Of a stretch of 39,223 nucleotides of DNA, positions 29,759 through 39,223 are shown piece after piece. The translations under genes and the position numbers were made by a program. Position 1 is the first letter of the stretch. Each line of letters starts with the position of its first letter. The stretch is taken from NCBI GenBank assembly GCA_963821525.1, contig CAWGED010000002.1, positions 1-39,223 of the forward strand, in the 5' to 3' direction. Below the pieces are notes generated by a model that was not told the DNA's origin, ran no database searches, and saw only the letters and a program-made list of their open reading frames with translations. The stretch is from an uncultured Gemmatimonadales bacterium (GTDB lineage: Bacteria > Gemmatimonadota > Gemmatimonadetes > Gemmatimonadales > GWC2-71-9).

Positions 29759-30479
29759 ATGTCCTCCACCTCTCACTCCGACATCCGCAACATCGTGCTG
29801 GTCCACGGCGGCTTCGTGGACGGCTCTGGTTGGGAAGGGGTTTACCGGGCCCTCAAGAAGGACGGGTTCAAGGTCAGCATCGTGCAGAACCCCACGCTCT
29901 CGCTGGCCGGCGATGTCGAAGTCACCAGGCGGGTCATCGCGGCGCAGGACGGCCCGGTGGTCCTGGTCGGCCACTCCTACGGCGGTGCCGTGATCACCGA
30001 AGCCGGCAATGATCCCAAGGTCGAAGCGCTGGTCTATATCGCCGCTTTTGCGCCGGACGCGGGCGAGTCGGTCACCAGCCTGATCAAGGATCCGGTACCG
30101 GGTGCGCCGGTTCCCCCGATCCTGCCACCCCAGGACGGCTTCCTCCTCCTGGACCGGACCAAGTTCGCCGCGTCGTTTGCCGGCGATGTCGATCCGGAGC
30201 AGGCCGCGTTCATGGCGGATTCCCAGGTTCCGTGGGGCCTCGAGGCCGCTGCGGGGGCCATCAGCGAGCCGGCCTGGAAGTCGAAGCCGAGCTGGTACCT
30301 CGTGGCCACCGAGGACCGGATGATCCCGCCGCCGGCTCAGCGCTTCATGTCCAAGCGCGCCGGAGCGTCCGTCGTGGAGGCCGTTGGCAGCCACTCGATC
30401 TACGTCTCCCAGCCTGCTGCGGTAGCGGGGTTGATCGCGAGCGCGGCGAAGGCGGGGAAGGCGATGGCGCAGGTCGTAA
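29759..30479 (+). CDS. alpha/beta hydrolase (Abhydrolase_6 type); true stop probably the out-of-frame TAA at 30477-30479
   Basis: IVLVHGG, GHSYGG nucleophile elbow, TEDRMIPP and GSHSIY. AAGGAG RBS. The ORF-track extension to 31147 is repeat-derived. Confidence 0.85.
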
Positions 30480-30502
30480 CGGACCCGCGGACCGCCGGTT
30501 TC

Positions 30503-30608
30503 TGTCACTGCGAGCCCCCGAGCGGGACGAGGAGCCGGCTCTCGAAGCGCCTTCCGCCGGGTGAACCGGGTGAGATTGCTTCGGTCGCTTCGCTTCCTCG
30601 CAATGACA
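30503..30608. repeat. inverted REP doublet (TGTCACTGCGAG ... CTCGCAATGACA)
   Basis: Terminal 12-bp inverted repeats with one mismatch. The right arm reads TGTCATTGCGAGGAAGCGAAGCGACCGAAGCAATCTC on the minus strand. Confidence 0.7.
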
Positions 30609-30624
30609 TAACCTGCCGATCCGC

Positions 30625-30669
30625 CCGTCTCCCATCTCCCATCTCCCATCTCCCGTCTCCCGACTCCCG
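30625..30669 (-). repeat. heptamer array (CCCATCT/CCCGTCT)n on +
   Basis: About 6 units upstream of the TPR kinase. Confidence 0.8.
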
Positions 30670-30687
30670 TTTCGAATTTGATCCCCG

Positions 30688-33432
30688 GTGGCTCACGCCC
30701 AGCCGCCCGGGTACATTTCGCTGTCCCTTCAAAAGTCGAGCTGTTCGACGGACCTGCGCACCCAGTTGCAGACGGCCCTGGCTACTGCCTATACCCTCGA
30801 GCGTGAGCTCGGGCGCGGCGGCATGGCGACGGTTTTCCTCGCTCAGGACCTGCGGCACGACCGGCCGGTCGCGCTCAAGGTGCTCCACCCGGATCTGGCC
30901 CGCACGCTCGGACCCGAGCGCTTTCAGCGGGAGATCAAGCTCGCCGCCCGGCTGCAACACCCGCACATTCTCACCGTCCACGACTCGGGCGAGGCTGCGG
31001 GCCAGCTCTGGTTCACCATGCCGTACGTCGAGGGCGAGTCGCTCCGCGACCGACTGCAGCGCGAGCGGCAATTGTCGGTGGACGCAGCGATACGGATCGC
31101 CACCGAGGCGGCCCGTGCGCTCGAGTACGCCCACCGACACGGGGTAATCCATCGGGACATCAAGCCGGAGAACCTGATGCTCACCAGCGATGGCTCTACG
31201 CTGGTGGCCGACTTTGGCATCGCGCGGGCGTTCGCCGGTGGGGAGGATCGCCTGACCGAGACGGGATTGGCGATCGGCACCCCGGCCTACATGAGTCCCG
31301 AGCAGGCGGCCGGCGAGCAGACCCTCGACGCACGCACCGACGTCTACTCCCTGGGGGCCGTGCTGTACGAAATGCTCGCCGGTGAGCCACCGTTCACCGG
31401 CCCCACGGTGCAGGCGATCATCGCCAAGCGGTTCAGCGGCGAGATTCCTCGGGTGCGACAGACGCGGCCCAGCGTGCCGGAGCAGGTAGACGCCGCGGTC
31501 GCGCGCGCGCTCGCACCAGTAGCGGCGGACCGCTTCGACTCGGCCGAGGAATTCGCCCGGGCGTTGACGGCCGCTGGGTCCAGTACTGCGGCGGCGACCT
31601 CACCCGTGCCCAGAGTTGTCCCAGAGCCTGGCGCTTCCACCAGGGTAGCGACACCGCTGGCCGGGCGACCGGTGACGCGCCGCGTGCCGCTGGCCGCAGT
31701 CACCCTCGGGCTCGGCTTCCTTGTCGGCCTTGGCGTGCTCTTCGCCTGGCGACAGAACCACACCTCAGGCGGGGAAGGCACCGGGCCAAAGCGGCTCGCG
31801 GTGCTCCCGTTCGAGAACCTGGGCGACTCGGCGGATGCCTATTTCGCGGACGGGATCACCAACGAAGTGCGCGGCAAGCTCTCGCAGGTGTCGGGGCTCG
31901 CTGTCATTGCGCGAGCCAGCTCGAACGAATACCGCCAATCCAGCAAGACACCGCAGCAGATCGCCCGCGAGCTGGGGGCCGATTACCTGCTCACCGCCAC
32001 GGTGCAGTGGGAGAAGGCGTCCGGCGCTCCGAGCCGAGTACGGGTAAGCCCCGAACTGGTTCAGGTCGAGCCTGGCGCGGCGCCGACTACCAAGTGGCAG
32101 CAGGGATTCGACGCGTCGCTCACCGATGTGTTCCAGGTCCAGGCCGACATCGCAACGAAGGTGGCCAGCGCGCTCAACGCAGCTCTGGGTGACAGCGTGC
32201 GCCACGAACTCGCGGCCAAGCCCACCGAAAACCTCGTCGCTTACGACGCCTATCTGAAGGGTGAGGCCGCCTCGCAGGGTATGGCGGTAGCGGACCCGGC
32301 GAGCCTGCGCCGGGCTGCCGGTTTTTACCGCCAGGCGGTCGCACTGGATTCCGGGTTTGTTCTGGCTTGGGCCCAACTCTCCCGCGCCGACGCGATGCTC
32401 TATTTCAACGGTACGCCGATACCCGAGCTGGCGGCGCAGGCCCGGGAAGCGGCGAACCGCGCGCACGCCCTCGGCCCGGACCGCCCCGAGGGGCAGCTGG
32501 CGCTGGGCGAGTATTATCGGAGTATCCAGCAGGACAACGCTCAGTCGCTCGCGGCGTGTGAAGCGGGGCTCAAGCTGGCGCCCAACAACGTGGACTTGCT
32601 GGTGACGGCGGCGCTGGCTGAACAGGGTCTCGGAGATTGGGACGCGGCACTCGCACATCTCACCAAGGCGAGTGCGCTCGACCCGCGCTCGGCCAACACG
32701 GCGCGGCGTACAGCAAGCGCCCTGCTCCGGCTGCGGCGCTACCCCGAGGCCCGGGCGGCCGCAGACCGTGGGCTCGCGCTCGCCCCCACAAACCTCCTCA
32801 TCATCGAGCAGAAGGCCATGGTGGCTCTCGCCGAGGGCGACCTTCCGGGGGCCCGGGCGGTCGTCGGCGCGGCCTTGGGGACCGTGGAGCCGACGGCGCT
32901 GCTCACCTTCTTTGGGATCTATTGGGACCTTTACTGGGTGCTGGACGACGCCCAGCAGCAGCAGCTCCTCACGTTCCCCCCCAGCGCCTTCGATGATGAC
33001 CGGGCGAACTGGGCCTTCGTGCGGGCCCAGACGTACTGGCTGCGCCACAACCCGGCTAAAACGAGGGTATACGCGGACTCGGCACGAATTGCGATCGAGG
33101 AGTTGATCCGGGCTACTCCTGAGAATGCTCAGAATCACGTGGTCTACGGCCTGGCCCTCGCCTACCTGGGCCGGAAAGCCGAGGCGATCGCCGAAGGGCA
33201 GCGCGGCGTCTCGCTCCTGCCGATTAGCCGCGACGCCTATAGCGGCACGTACTACCAGCACCAGCTCGTTCGCATCTATCTCCTGGTTGGCGAGCCGGAG
33301 CGGGCGCTCGATCAACTGGAGCCCCTGCTCAAGATGCCTTACTACCTCTCGCCCGGTTGGCTCAAGATCGATCCCGACTTCGCGCCGCTCCGGGGCAATC
33401 CGCGGTTCGAGCGATTGGTCGCGGGGAGATAA
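30688..33432 (+). CDS. Ser/Thr protein kinase with TM, TolB_N-like (AVLPFENL) and TPR domains; start uncertain (conserved part begins near 30748)
   Basis: LGRGGMATV, VALK, HRDIKPEN, DFG, GTPAYMSPEQ, LAVLPFENL...YFADG, TPR helices and C-terminal DPDFAPLRGNPRF. Confidence 0.92.
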   Translation: MAHAQPPGYISLSLQKSSCSTDLRTQLQTALATAYTLERELGRGGMATVFLAQDLRHDRPVALKVLHPDLARTLGPERFQREIKLAARLQHPHILTVHDSGEAAGQLWFTMPYVEGESLRDRLQRERQLSVDAAIRIATEAARALEYAHRHGVIHRDIKPENLMLTSDGSTLVADFGIARAFAGGEDRLTETGLAIGTPAYMSPEQAAGEQTLDARTDVYSLGAVLYEMLAGEPPFTGPTVQAIIAKRFSGEIPRVRQTRPSVPEQVDAAVARALAPVAADRFDSAEEFARALTAAGSSTAAATSPVPRVVPEPGASTRVATPLAGRPVTRRVPLAAVTLGLGFLVGLGVLFAWRQNHTSGGEGTGPKRLAVLPFENLGDSADAYFADGITNEVRGKLSQVSGLAVIARASSNEYRQSSKTPQQIARELGADYLLTATVQWEKASGAPSRVRVSPELVQVEPGAAPTTKWQQGFDASLTDVFQVQADIATKVASALNAALGDSVRHELAAKPTENLVAYDAYLKGEAASQGMAVADPASLRRAAGFYRQAVALDSGFVLAWAQLSRADAMLYFNGTPIPELAAQAREAANRAHALGPDRPEGQLALGEYYRSIQQDNAQSLAACEAGLKLAPNNVDLLVTAALAEQGLGDWDAALAHLTKASALDPRSANTARRTASALLRLRRYPEARAAADRGLALAPTNLLIIEQKAMVALAEGDLPGARAVVGAALGTVEPTALLTFFGIYWDLYWVLDDAQQQQLLTFPPSAFDDDRANWAFVRAQTYWLRHNPAKTRVYADSARIAIEELIRATPENAQNHVVYGLALAYLGRKAEAIAEGQRGVSLLPISRDAYSGTYYQHQLVRIYLLVGEPERALDQLEPLLKMPYYLSPGWLKIDPDFAPLRGNPRFERLVAGR

Positions 33433-33440
33433 TCCTCAAA

Positions 33441-33472
33441 CCTCACCCCGTCCCCTCTTGCGAGAGGGGGAA
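33441..33472 (+). repeat. CCTCACCCC-hairpin REP-like repeat (short)
   Basis: CCTCACCCCGTCCCCTCTTGCGAGAGGGGGAA, 8 nt after the kinase stop, followed by a (TCCGCCY)n-like array to 33520. Confidence 0.65.
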
Positions 33473-33520
33473 TCCGCAGACCCGTCCGCCTGTCCGCCCT
33501 TCGCCCTGTCCGCCATCCAC

Positions 33521-36154
33521 TCAGTCGCCATAGCGCCGATAAAACCAGCTCTTCACCCCCTGGGTGAGCAGCATGTACGTCAGCAGCATCCCCGCGAGCA
33601 GCGGCCAGTAGAGCGGCGGCAGCGCTACAAAACCCAGCACCGGTGCCAGCGGCGAGAGGGTCAACCAGGTCCCGATCGCCGGGATCACCAGCGACGCCAC
33701 GATCAGTGGCCAGCTCGCCCGGCTCTGCAGGAACGGAACCTTGTTGGTTCGGATGATGTGGATGATGAGCGTCTGAGTGAACAGCGACTCCACGAACCAC
33801 CCGGTGTGGAACAGCGCCGGTTTGTCCCAGGCATGAAACACCGCCAGCATCATCCAGAACGTCAGATAGTCGAAGATCGAGCTGATCGGCCCGATGCACA
33901 GGATGAACCGCCTCAGGTTACTGATGGTCCACTTCCGCGGGCGGCTCAGCCAGTCGGCGTCCACCCGGTCGCTGGGGATCGCGGTCTGCGAGAAGTCGTA
34001 TAGCAGGTTGTTGATCAGGACCTGGATCGGCAGCATCGGCACGAAGGGCAGGAAGGCGCTCGCCCCCACCACGCTGAACATGTTCCCGAAGCTCGAGCTC
34101 GCCGCCATCTTGATGTACTTGATGACGTTTCCGAACACCCGGCGGCCCTCCACCACTCCCTTCTCCAGCACCAGCAGGCTGGTCTCCAGCAGAATGATGT
34201 CGCTCGACTCTTTCGCGATGTCCACGGCGGAATTGACCGAGATGCCCACATCCGCCGCCTTGAGCGCCGGCGCATCGTTGATTCCGTCCCCCAGGAACCC
34301 CACGACGTGCCCCTTACTTTGCAGCGCGTGAATGATTCGCTGCTTGTGGGCCGGCGCCAGCTTGGCGAAGATGCTCGTCGTTTCCGCCGCCTCCGCCAGC
34401 GCCGCATCGCTCATCCCCTCGATCGCCGCGCCGAGTAAGAGCCGTTCGCCCCGCATCCCCACGCGCTGGCAGATGTACTGGGTGATGATTTCGTTGTCCC
34501 CGGTGAGTACCTTCACCGCCACTTGCCGGCTGTCGAGGAGCGTCAGCGCCTCTTTCGCCGTCGCCTTCGGGGGGTCGAGGAAGGCGAGGAACCCCAGCAG
34601 GGTCAGCTCCGACTCATCCTTCACCGCGTACACCGGCTCATCGGTTGCTCCTGGCATCTCCTTGTAAGCCAGCGCGATCACCCGGAAACCCTCGGCGTTG
34701 AGCCCATGGACGATGGTCTGGCCCGCCGCGATGTCCTCCGCCGTCAGTGGCCTGACCGTTCCCTCGATGTCCGCCGTCTGGCAGAGTCCCAGGACCTCCT
34801 CCACCGCTCCCTTGCAGATCAGGGTGTTGGTCCCGCTCGCATCCTCCACGATCACCGACATCCGGCGGCGCACGAAGTCGAAGGGAATCTCGTCGATCTT
34901 GCGGTACTTCTCCTTCGCCTCGAGCCGCTGCTCCAGCTCCTCGTGGTCGAGGATCGCCTCGTCCATGAGGTTCTTCAGCCCGGTGTGGTGGTAGCTGTTG
35001 AGGTAGCCGTAGTGCAGCACCCGGTCGCTCTTGTGGCCTCGCACATCCAGGTGCTGCTCCAGCACGATCCTCCCCTCGGTGAGCGTCCCGGTCTTGTCGG
35101 TGCACAACACGTCCATCGCGCCCAGGTTCTGGATCGAGTCGAGCCGCTTGACGATCACCTTCTCCCGCGCCATCGCGAGGGCGCCATTGGAGAGGTTCAC
35201 CGTCACGATCATCGGGAGCATCTCCGGCGTGAGCCCCACCGCCACCGCCAGGGCGAACAGGAACGCCTCCACCCAGTCGCCCCGGCTAAGTCCGTTGATC
35301 AGGAACACCGCCGGCACCATGACGCCGATGAAGCCAATCATCAGCCAGGTGAATCCGCTGACCCCCTTGTCGAAGCTGGTGAGATGGCGCTCGGCCCCGA
35401 TGCTCGCCGCGAGCGCGCCGAAACAGGTACGTTCGCCGGTATGCACCACCACGGCCGTGCCCGCGCCGCTCACCACGTTGGTTCCCAGGAAACAGAGATT
35501 GGGCGATTCGAGTGGTGAATCGATTGTGCTGGGGGCGGTACCTGCGCGCTTCTCCACCGGCATCGCCTCGCCGGTGAGCGCTGCCTGGTTGAGGAACAGG
35601 TCCTTGCTGGTGAGCAGCCGGACATCCGCCGGGGCCATGTCGCCGGCCCCCAGCCGGATCACATCCCCCGGCACCAGCCCGCCCAGCGGGATCTCCTGCT
35701 CGTTGCCAGCGCGGACCACGGTCGCGGTGCTGCGCACCATCGCCTGCAACCGCGCCGCGGCGGTATCGGCCCGCATCTCCTGCACGAAGCGCAGCACTAC
35801 CCCAAGGACCACCATCACCAGCATGACTACCGCCGACCTCAGATCTCCCGTGAGGTAGGAGACCAGGCTCAGGACCAGCAGCAGGATGATGAGGGGATTG
35901 CGGACGTTGTCGAAGAGTAACAGCGGCTTCGACCGCCGCCTGGTGCGGGCGATCTGGTTCGGCCCGTATTGGATCACCCGCGCGGCGACCTCCGGCTCAC
36001 TCAGCCCCTCGGCTCGCGACTCGAGCCGGGCCAGCACCGTTCCCTCGTCGCAGTGGGCCCACTCCAGCAGCGCGGAGTTGATCGCTGCCTGCTTCCCGGC
36101 ATGAATCTCGTGCGGCTTGCCCGGGTGGTGGGGAGTCGGCGTGGTGGTGGTCAT
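33521..36154 (-). CDS. mgtA: magnesium-translocating P-type ATPase
   Basis: LTGEAMPVEK, AVGLTPEMLP, DKTGTLT, EIPFDFVRRRMS, ICKGA, TGDN, GDGINDAP, SSFGNMFS, NLLYD and GWFVESL. Confidence 0.95.
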   Translation of the reverse strand: MTTTTPTPHHPGKPHEIHAGKQAAINSALLEWAHCDEGTVLARLESRAEGLSEPEVAARVIQYGPNQIARTRRRSKPLLLFDNVRNPLIILLLVLSLVSYLTGDLRSAVVMLVMVVLGVVLRFVQEMRADTAAARLQAMVRSTATVVRAGNEQEIPLGGLVPGDVIRLGAGDMAPADVRLLTSKDLFLNQAALTGEAMPVEKRAGTAPSTIDSPLESPNLCFLGTNVVSGAGTAVVVHTGERTCFGALAASIGAERHLTSFDKGVSGFTWLMIGFIGVMVPAVFLINGLSRGDWVEAFLFALAVAVGLTPEMLPMIVTVNLSNGALAMAREKVIVKRLDSIQNLGAMDVLCTDKTGTLTEGRIVLEQHLDVRGHKSDRVLHYGYLNSYHHTGLKNLMDEAILDHEELEQRLEAKEKYRKIDEIPFDFVRRRMSVIVEDASGTNTLICKGAVEEVLGLCQTADIEGTVRPLTAEDIAAGQTIVHGLNAEGFRVIALAYKEMPGATDEPVYAVKDESELTLLGFLAFLDPPKATAKEALTLLDSRQVAVKVLTGDNEIITQYICQRVGMRGERLLLGAAIEGMSDAALAEAAETTSIFAKLAPAHKQRIIHALQSKGHVVGFLGDGINDAPALKAADVGISVNSAVDIAKESSDIILLETSLLVLEKGVVEGRRVFGNVIKYIKMAASSSFGNMFSVVGASAFLPFVPMLPIQVLINNLLYDFSQTAIPSDRVDADWLSRPRKWTISNLRRFILCIGPISSIFDYLTFWMMLAVFHAWDKPALFHTGWFVESLFTQTLIIHIIRTNKVPFLQSRASWPLIVASLVIPAIGTWLTLSPLAPVLGFVALPPLYWPLLAGMLLTYMLLTQGVKSWFYRRYGD

Positions 36155-36155
36155 C

Positions 36156-37133
36156 TCAGCGCTCGGCCTTCATTTCGCGGCGCGCCAGCCACAGTCCCGG
36201 GAGGAGCGGGAGCATCAGGGTGAAGCCGCGGAACAGCAGCACCGCGGCGACGCCGTTCGTCACCGGGACGCCCCCGAGGCGCAGCATCCCGAGCATCGTC
36301 GCGTCGAACGTCCCCAGCCCGCTCGGAATGATCGTGATCGTGGCAACCAGTGAGGCGATCACCAGCGCGACAAACAGCCAGGTGGGATCCGCCGTCGTGC
36401 CGACTGCGGCGAGGCAGACGCCGAGTGTCGCAGCATCGAGGACGAAGATGCCGAACTGCAGCGCCGTGGTCTGCAGCAGCAGCGTCCGGTCGTGGAGTGC
36501 CTCCTTCGGAGCATCGTGCAGCGTCTGCAGGAATCCCTTGAACCCCGGGATGCGTATCAGCAGATCCCGCATCGGGCCTCGCCGCCCTCGGGAAAGCCGG
36601 AGCAGCGCCACGATCGTCGCGCCGATGAGGAAGGTGGCGAGAATGGCGAGTGACAGCATCCGACCGGTCAGGTCGCCACTTATCGCGAGCAGCGCCAGCG
36701 CCGTCGCCAGGGCGAGTCCATACGCCAGGTGGAATCCCAGCAGCCCAACCACCACCGCCGAGACGCTCGCGCCTTCAGGCAAGCCGCGCCGCTTGAGGGC
36801 GCGCACCACGAGGAGGGTGCCGCTGAGTCCCGCGGAGGGCACCATCTGATCCATGAACAGTTTGGCGAGCCCAAGAGGGATGAGCTGCCAGAGCGAGGTG
36901 CGGATGTGCTGTCGCTTCAGGACCCGCTGCCATGCGCCGGCGGCGCAGGCGTAGGTGCAGGCCTGGAGCAGGGCCGCGAGAAGGAGCCATCTGGGACGCG
37001 CATGCTTCAGGAGATCGGCAAACCGGAGCTCTTCGCCCCGCCGCGCGATCACGATTCCCACCGCGACCAGCAGCAGAATCCCGCTCAGCCACGCCAGCCA
37101 GTGTCGGCCAGCCTTTGGTGCGGCGTTCACCAT
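36156..37133 (-). CDS. lysylphosphatidylglycerol synthase TM / flippase-like (UPF0104) membrane protein
   Basis: Multi-TM protein with LFMDQMVPSAGLSG, PSGLGTFD and AVLLFRG..LP; ends 1 nt before the mgtA ATG. Confidence 0.8.
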   Translation of the reverse strand: MVNAAPKAGRHWLAWLSGILLLVAVGIVIARRGEELRFADLLKHARPRWLLLAALLQACTYACAAGAWQRVLKRQHIRTSLWQLIPLGLAKLFMDQMVPSAGLSGTLLVVRALKRRGLPEGASVSAVVVGLLGFHLAYGLALATALALLAISGDLTGRMLSLAILATFLIGATIVALLRLSRGRRGPMRDLLIRIPGFKGFLQTLHDAPKEALHDRTLLLQTTALQFGIFVLDAATLGVCLAAVGTTADPTWLFVALVIASLVATITIIPSGLGTFDATMLGMLRLGGVPVTNGVAAVLLFRGFTLMLPLLPGLWLARREMKAER

Positions 37134-37144
37134 GGGTTCAGAGA

Positions 37145-37183
37145 CAACAAGCCCGACAACGGCTTCGCTGTTGTCGGGCTTTT
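37145..37183. terminator. strong hairpin, terminator-like
   Basis: AAGCCCGACAACGGC-TTC-GCTGTTGTCGGGCTT, a 15-bp stem between DUF779 and the LPG-TM gene. Confidence 0.6.
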
Positions 37184-37209
37184 CGCATGCCGCACCGGTC
37201 TGCGTGTAC

Positions 37210-37593
37210 TTATCCTGGCCCTACTCCCGCCGGACACCCCTCCAGCCAGGCCCTCTCCGTCGGATCGAAGACCCGGGAGCGGGTGAGGAAGCGGACCCCG
37301 AGCGGTGCTTCCAGCGAGAAGCCGGCACCGCGCCCGGGGACCACGTCGATCAGCAGCTGAGTGTGGCGCCAAAGCTCGAATTGTTTCCCCCCGATGTAGA
37401 ATGGGGTTCCTGCAATATCGCCGAGCCGCACGTCATGGGAGCCGACTCGGAACTCGTTCCGAGGATAACACATGGGGGCGCTGCCGTCGCAGCAGCCCCC
37501 GGACTGATGAAAAAGCAGCGGGCCGTGCTGCACCTCCAGCTGGCGCAGCACGGTCACGGCTTCCGGGGTGATCTCCACCCGAGCGAGCTCCAT
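37210..37593 (-). CDS. DUF779 domain protein
   Basis: HGPLLFHQSGGCCDGSAPMCYP...WRHTQLLIDVVPGRGAGFSLE..GVRFLTRSR; commonly found beside this ALDH type. Confidence 0.92.
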   Translation of the reverse strand: MELARVEITPEAVTVLRQLEVQHGPLLFHQSGGCCDGSAPMCYPRNEFRVGSHDVRLGDIAGTPFYIGGKQFELWRHTQLLIDVVPGRGAGFSLEAPLGVRFLTRSRVFDPTERAWLEGCPAGVGPG

Positions 37594-37595
37594 GG

Positions 37596-39155
37596 TTAGA
37601 AGAACCCCAGTTTCTTCGGGCTGTAGCTGACCAGCAAGTTCTTGGTCTGCTGATAGTGATCCAGCATCATCTTATGGGTTTCCCGTCCGATGCCGGACTG
37701 CTTATACCCCCCGAAGGCCGCATGCGCCGGATACGCATGGTAGCAGTTGGTCCACACCCGTCCGGCCTTGATGGCACGGCCCATCCGGTAACAGGTATTG
37801 GCGTCACGACTCCACACTCCGGCGCCGAGGCCATAGAGAGTGTCATTCGCGATGGCCAAAGCGTCGTCCTGGGTCTTGAACTTGGTGACCGACACCACCG
37901 GTCCGAAGATCTCCTCCTGGAAGATCCGCATCCGGTTGTGGCCTTCGAGGATCGTGGGCTGGACGTAGAAGCCGTCTTTCAGCTCGCCGGCGTGCACCCG
38001 ACGGGCGCCCCCGGTCAGGACCTTCGCCCCTTCCTTCTTCCCGATGTCGAAGTAGCTCAGGATCTTCTCCAGCTGATCATTCGATGCCTGGGCTCCGACC
38101 ATGGTCTTGAGGTCGAGCGGGTTGCCTTCCACGATGGCCTTGGTGCGGGCGACCGCCCGTTCCATGAACCGGTCATAGATCGATTCCTGGACCAGGGCCC
38201 GCGACGGACAGGTGCAGACTTCTCCCTGATTGAAGGCAAACATGACGAAGCCTTCGAGCGCCTTGTCGAAGAAGTCATCATCTGCCTCCAGGACGTCGGC
38301 GAAGAAGATGTTGGGCGACTTGCCCCCCAGCTCCAGGGTGACCGGGATCAGGTTCTCGGCAGCGTACTGCATGATCAGCCGGCCGGTCGTGGTCTCGCCG
38401 GTGAAGGCGATCTTGGCGATCCGCGGGCTCGACGCCAGCGGCTTGCCGGCCTCGACACCGAAGCCCTGCACCACGTTCACCACGCCGCTCGGCAGGATGT
38501 CCGCCACCAGTTCCATGAATGCCATGATGGACACCGGCGTCTGCTCCGCCGGCTTGAGGACGACACAGTTACCGGCTGCGAGTGCCGGTGCCAGCTTCCA
38601 GACCGCCATGAGCAGCGGGAAGTTCCAGGGGATGATCTGTCCGACCACACCGAGCGGCTCGTGGAAGTGGTAGGCCACGGTGTCGCTGTCGATCTCCGAG
38701 AGGCTCCCCTCCTGGGCCCGGAGCGCACCCGCGAAGTAGCGGAAGTGGTCGATCGCCAGCGGCAGGTCGGCGTTGATGGTCTCCCGGATCGGCTTGCCGT
38801 TGTCGATGGTCTCGATCAGCGCGATGGCCTCCAGATTCTGCTCCAGCCGGTCGGCGATCCGATTGAGGATGTTGGCCCGATAGGTGGGAGAGGTGGTGTT
38901 CCAGCTGAGCGCCGCGGCATGCGCGGCATCGAGGGCCTTGTCCACGTCCTCATGGGTGGACCGGGCTACCTCGCAAAGCACCTGCCCGGTAACCGGGGTC
39001 AGGTTGTCGAAATACTGGCCCCGGACCGGAGGGACGAACTCTCCGGCGATCCAGTTGTCATACCGGGCCCGGATCGGGAGCTGGCTCTTGAAGCCCGCAG
39101 CGGCGTTCGGCAGCACCGCCTCGATTGGTTTGGTTGTCGCTGTCATGGGGGGCAC
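37596..39155 (-). CDS. aldehyde dehydrogenase (AldB/AcoD/ExaC type); start may be 39146
   Basis: [49 protein letters not shown] and FGGYKQSG. Confidence 0.95.
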   Translation of the reverse strand: MPPMTATTKPIEAVLPNAAAGFKSQLPIRARYDNWIAGEFVPPVRGQYFDNLTPVTGQVLCEVARSTHEDVDKALDAAHAAALSWNTTSPTYRANILNRIADRLEQNLEAIALIETIDNGKPIRETINADLPLAIDHFRYFAGALRAQEGSLSEIDSDTVAYHFHEPLGVVGQIIPWNFPLLMAVWKLAPALAAGNCVVLKPAEQTPVSIMAFMELVADILPSGVVNVVQGFGVEAGKPLASSPRIAKIAFTGETTTGRLIMQYAAENLIPVTLELGGKSPNIFFADVLEADDDFFDKALEGFVMFAFNQGEVCTCPSRALVQESIYDRFMERAVARTKAIVEGNPLDLKTMVGAQASNDQLEKILSYFDIGKKEGAKVLTGGARRVHAGELKDGFYVQPTILEGHNRMRIFQEEIFGPVVSVTKFKTQDDALAIANDTLYGLGAGVWSRDANTCYRMGRAIKAGRVWTNCYHAYPAHAAFGGYKQSGIGRETHKMMLDHYQQTKNLLVSYSPKKLGFF

Positions 39156-39223
39156 TCGTGGGATTGGGGTGCTCCCTAATCAATGGGTGGGGCATGAGGA
39201 AAGCGTGAAGGTGGGGGGAAGCG

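Noticed and set aside
29759..31147. 462-aa hydrolase overlapping the kinase
   Set aside because: After about residue 240 it translates REP and heptamer repeats. An out-of-frame TAA at 30477 is the likely stop.
36156..37210. M-box riboswitch or MgtL-type leader upstream of mgtA
   Set aside because: The intergenic space is only about 75 nt with a single hairpin, and no Pro-rich leader ORF is visible.

Overview
GC-rich (by eye) bacterial chromosomal window. Two long membrane Ser/Thr kinases (one with a TolB/PD40 propeller, one with TPR) and the repeat families suggest Gemmatimonadota, which is an inference. Many genes between 0.1 and 30.5 kb carry 1-nt frame breaks, including essential heme genes. 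This looks like uncorrected long-read indel error rather than pseudogenisation, so several CDS calls are stitched from ORF pieces. Gene content in order: the 3' part of a tRNA-Gln(TTG) apparently split by a 25-bp REP-like insert; an ArsR-EamA-AsnB-like operon; DUF4142; a kinase; a lipoprotein; an aldo/keto reductase; an M14 carboxypeptidase; a candidate Lys8 micropeptide gene; Usp; a complete nine-gene coproporphyrin-dependent heme operon (hemA-C-D-B-chdC-hemE-hemY-hemL-hemH); a serine hydrolase; a cytochrome b plus Tat molybdoenzyme pair; cupin, ECF sigma, ZAS anti-sigma and ArsM-like methyltransferase; msrA; a truncated hicA with hicB; an alpha/beta hydrolase; a TPR kinase; mgtA with an LPG-synthase TM gene; DUF779; and an aldehyde dehydrogenase. 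Intergenic DNA is dense in non-autonomous repeats: a 225-335 bp composite element with long terminal inverted repeats and a conserved structured core (3 copies), a CCTCACCCC-hairpin REP family sitting just behind stop codons, CGTC/TGTC-type REPs, and 7-8 bp tandem arrays whose unit drifts along the array. No transposase, integrase or CRISPR array was seen.
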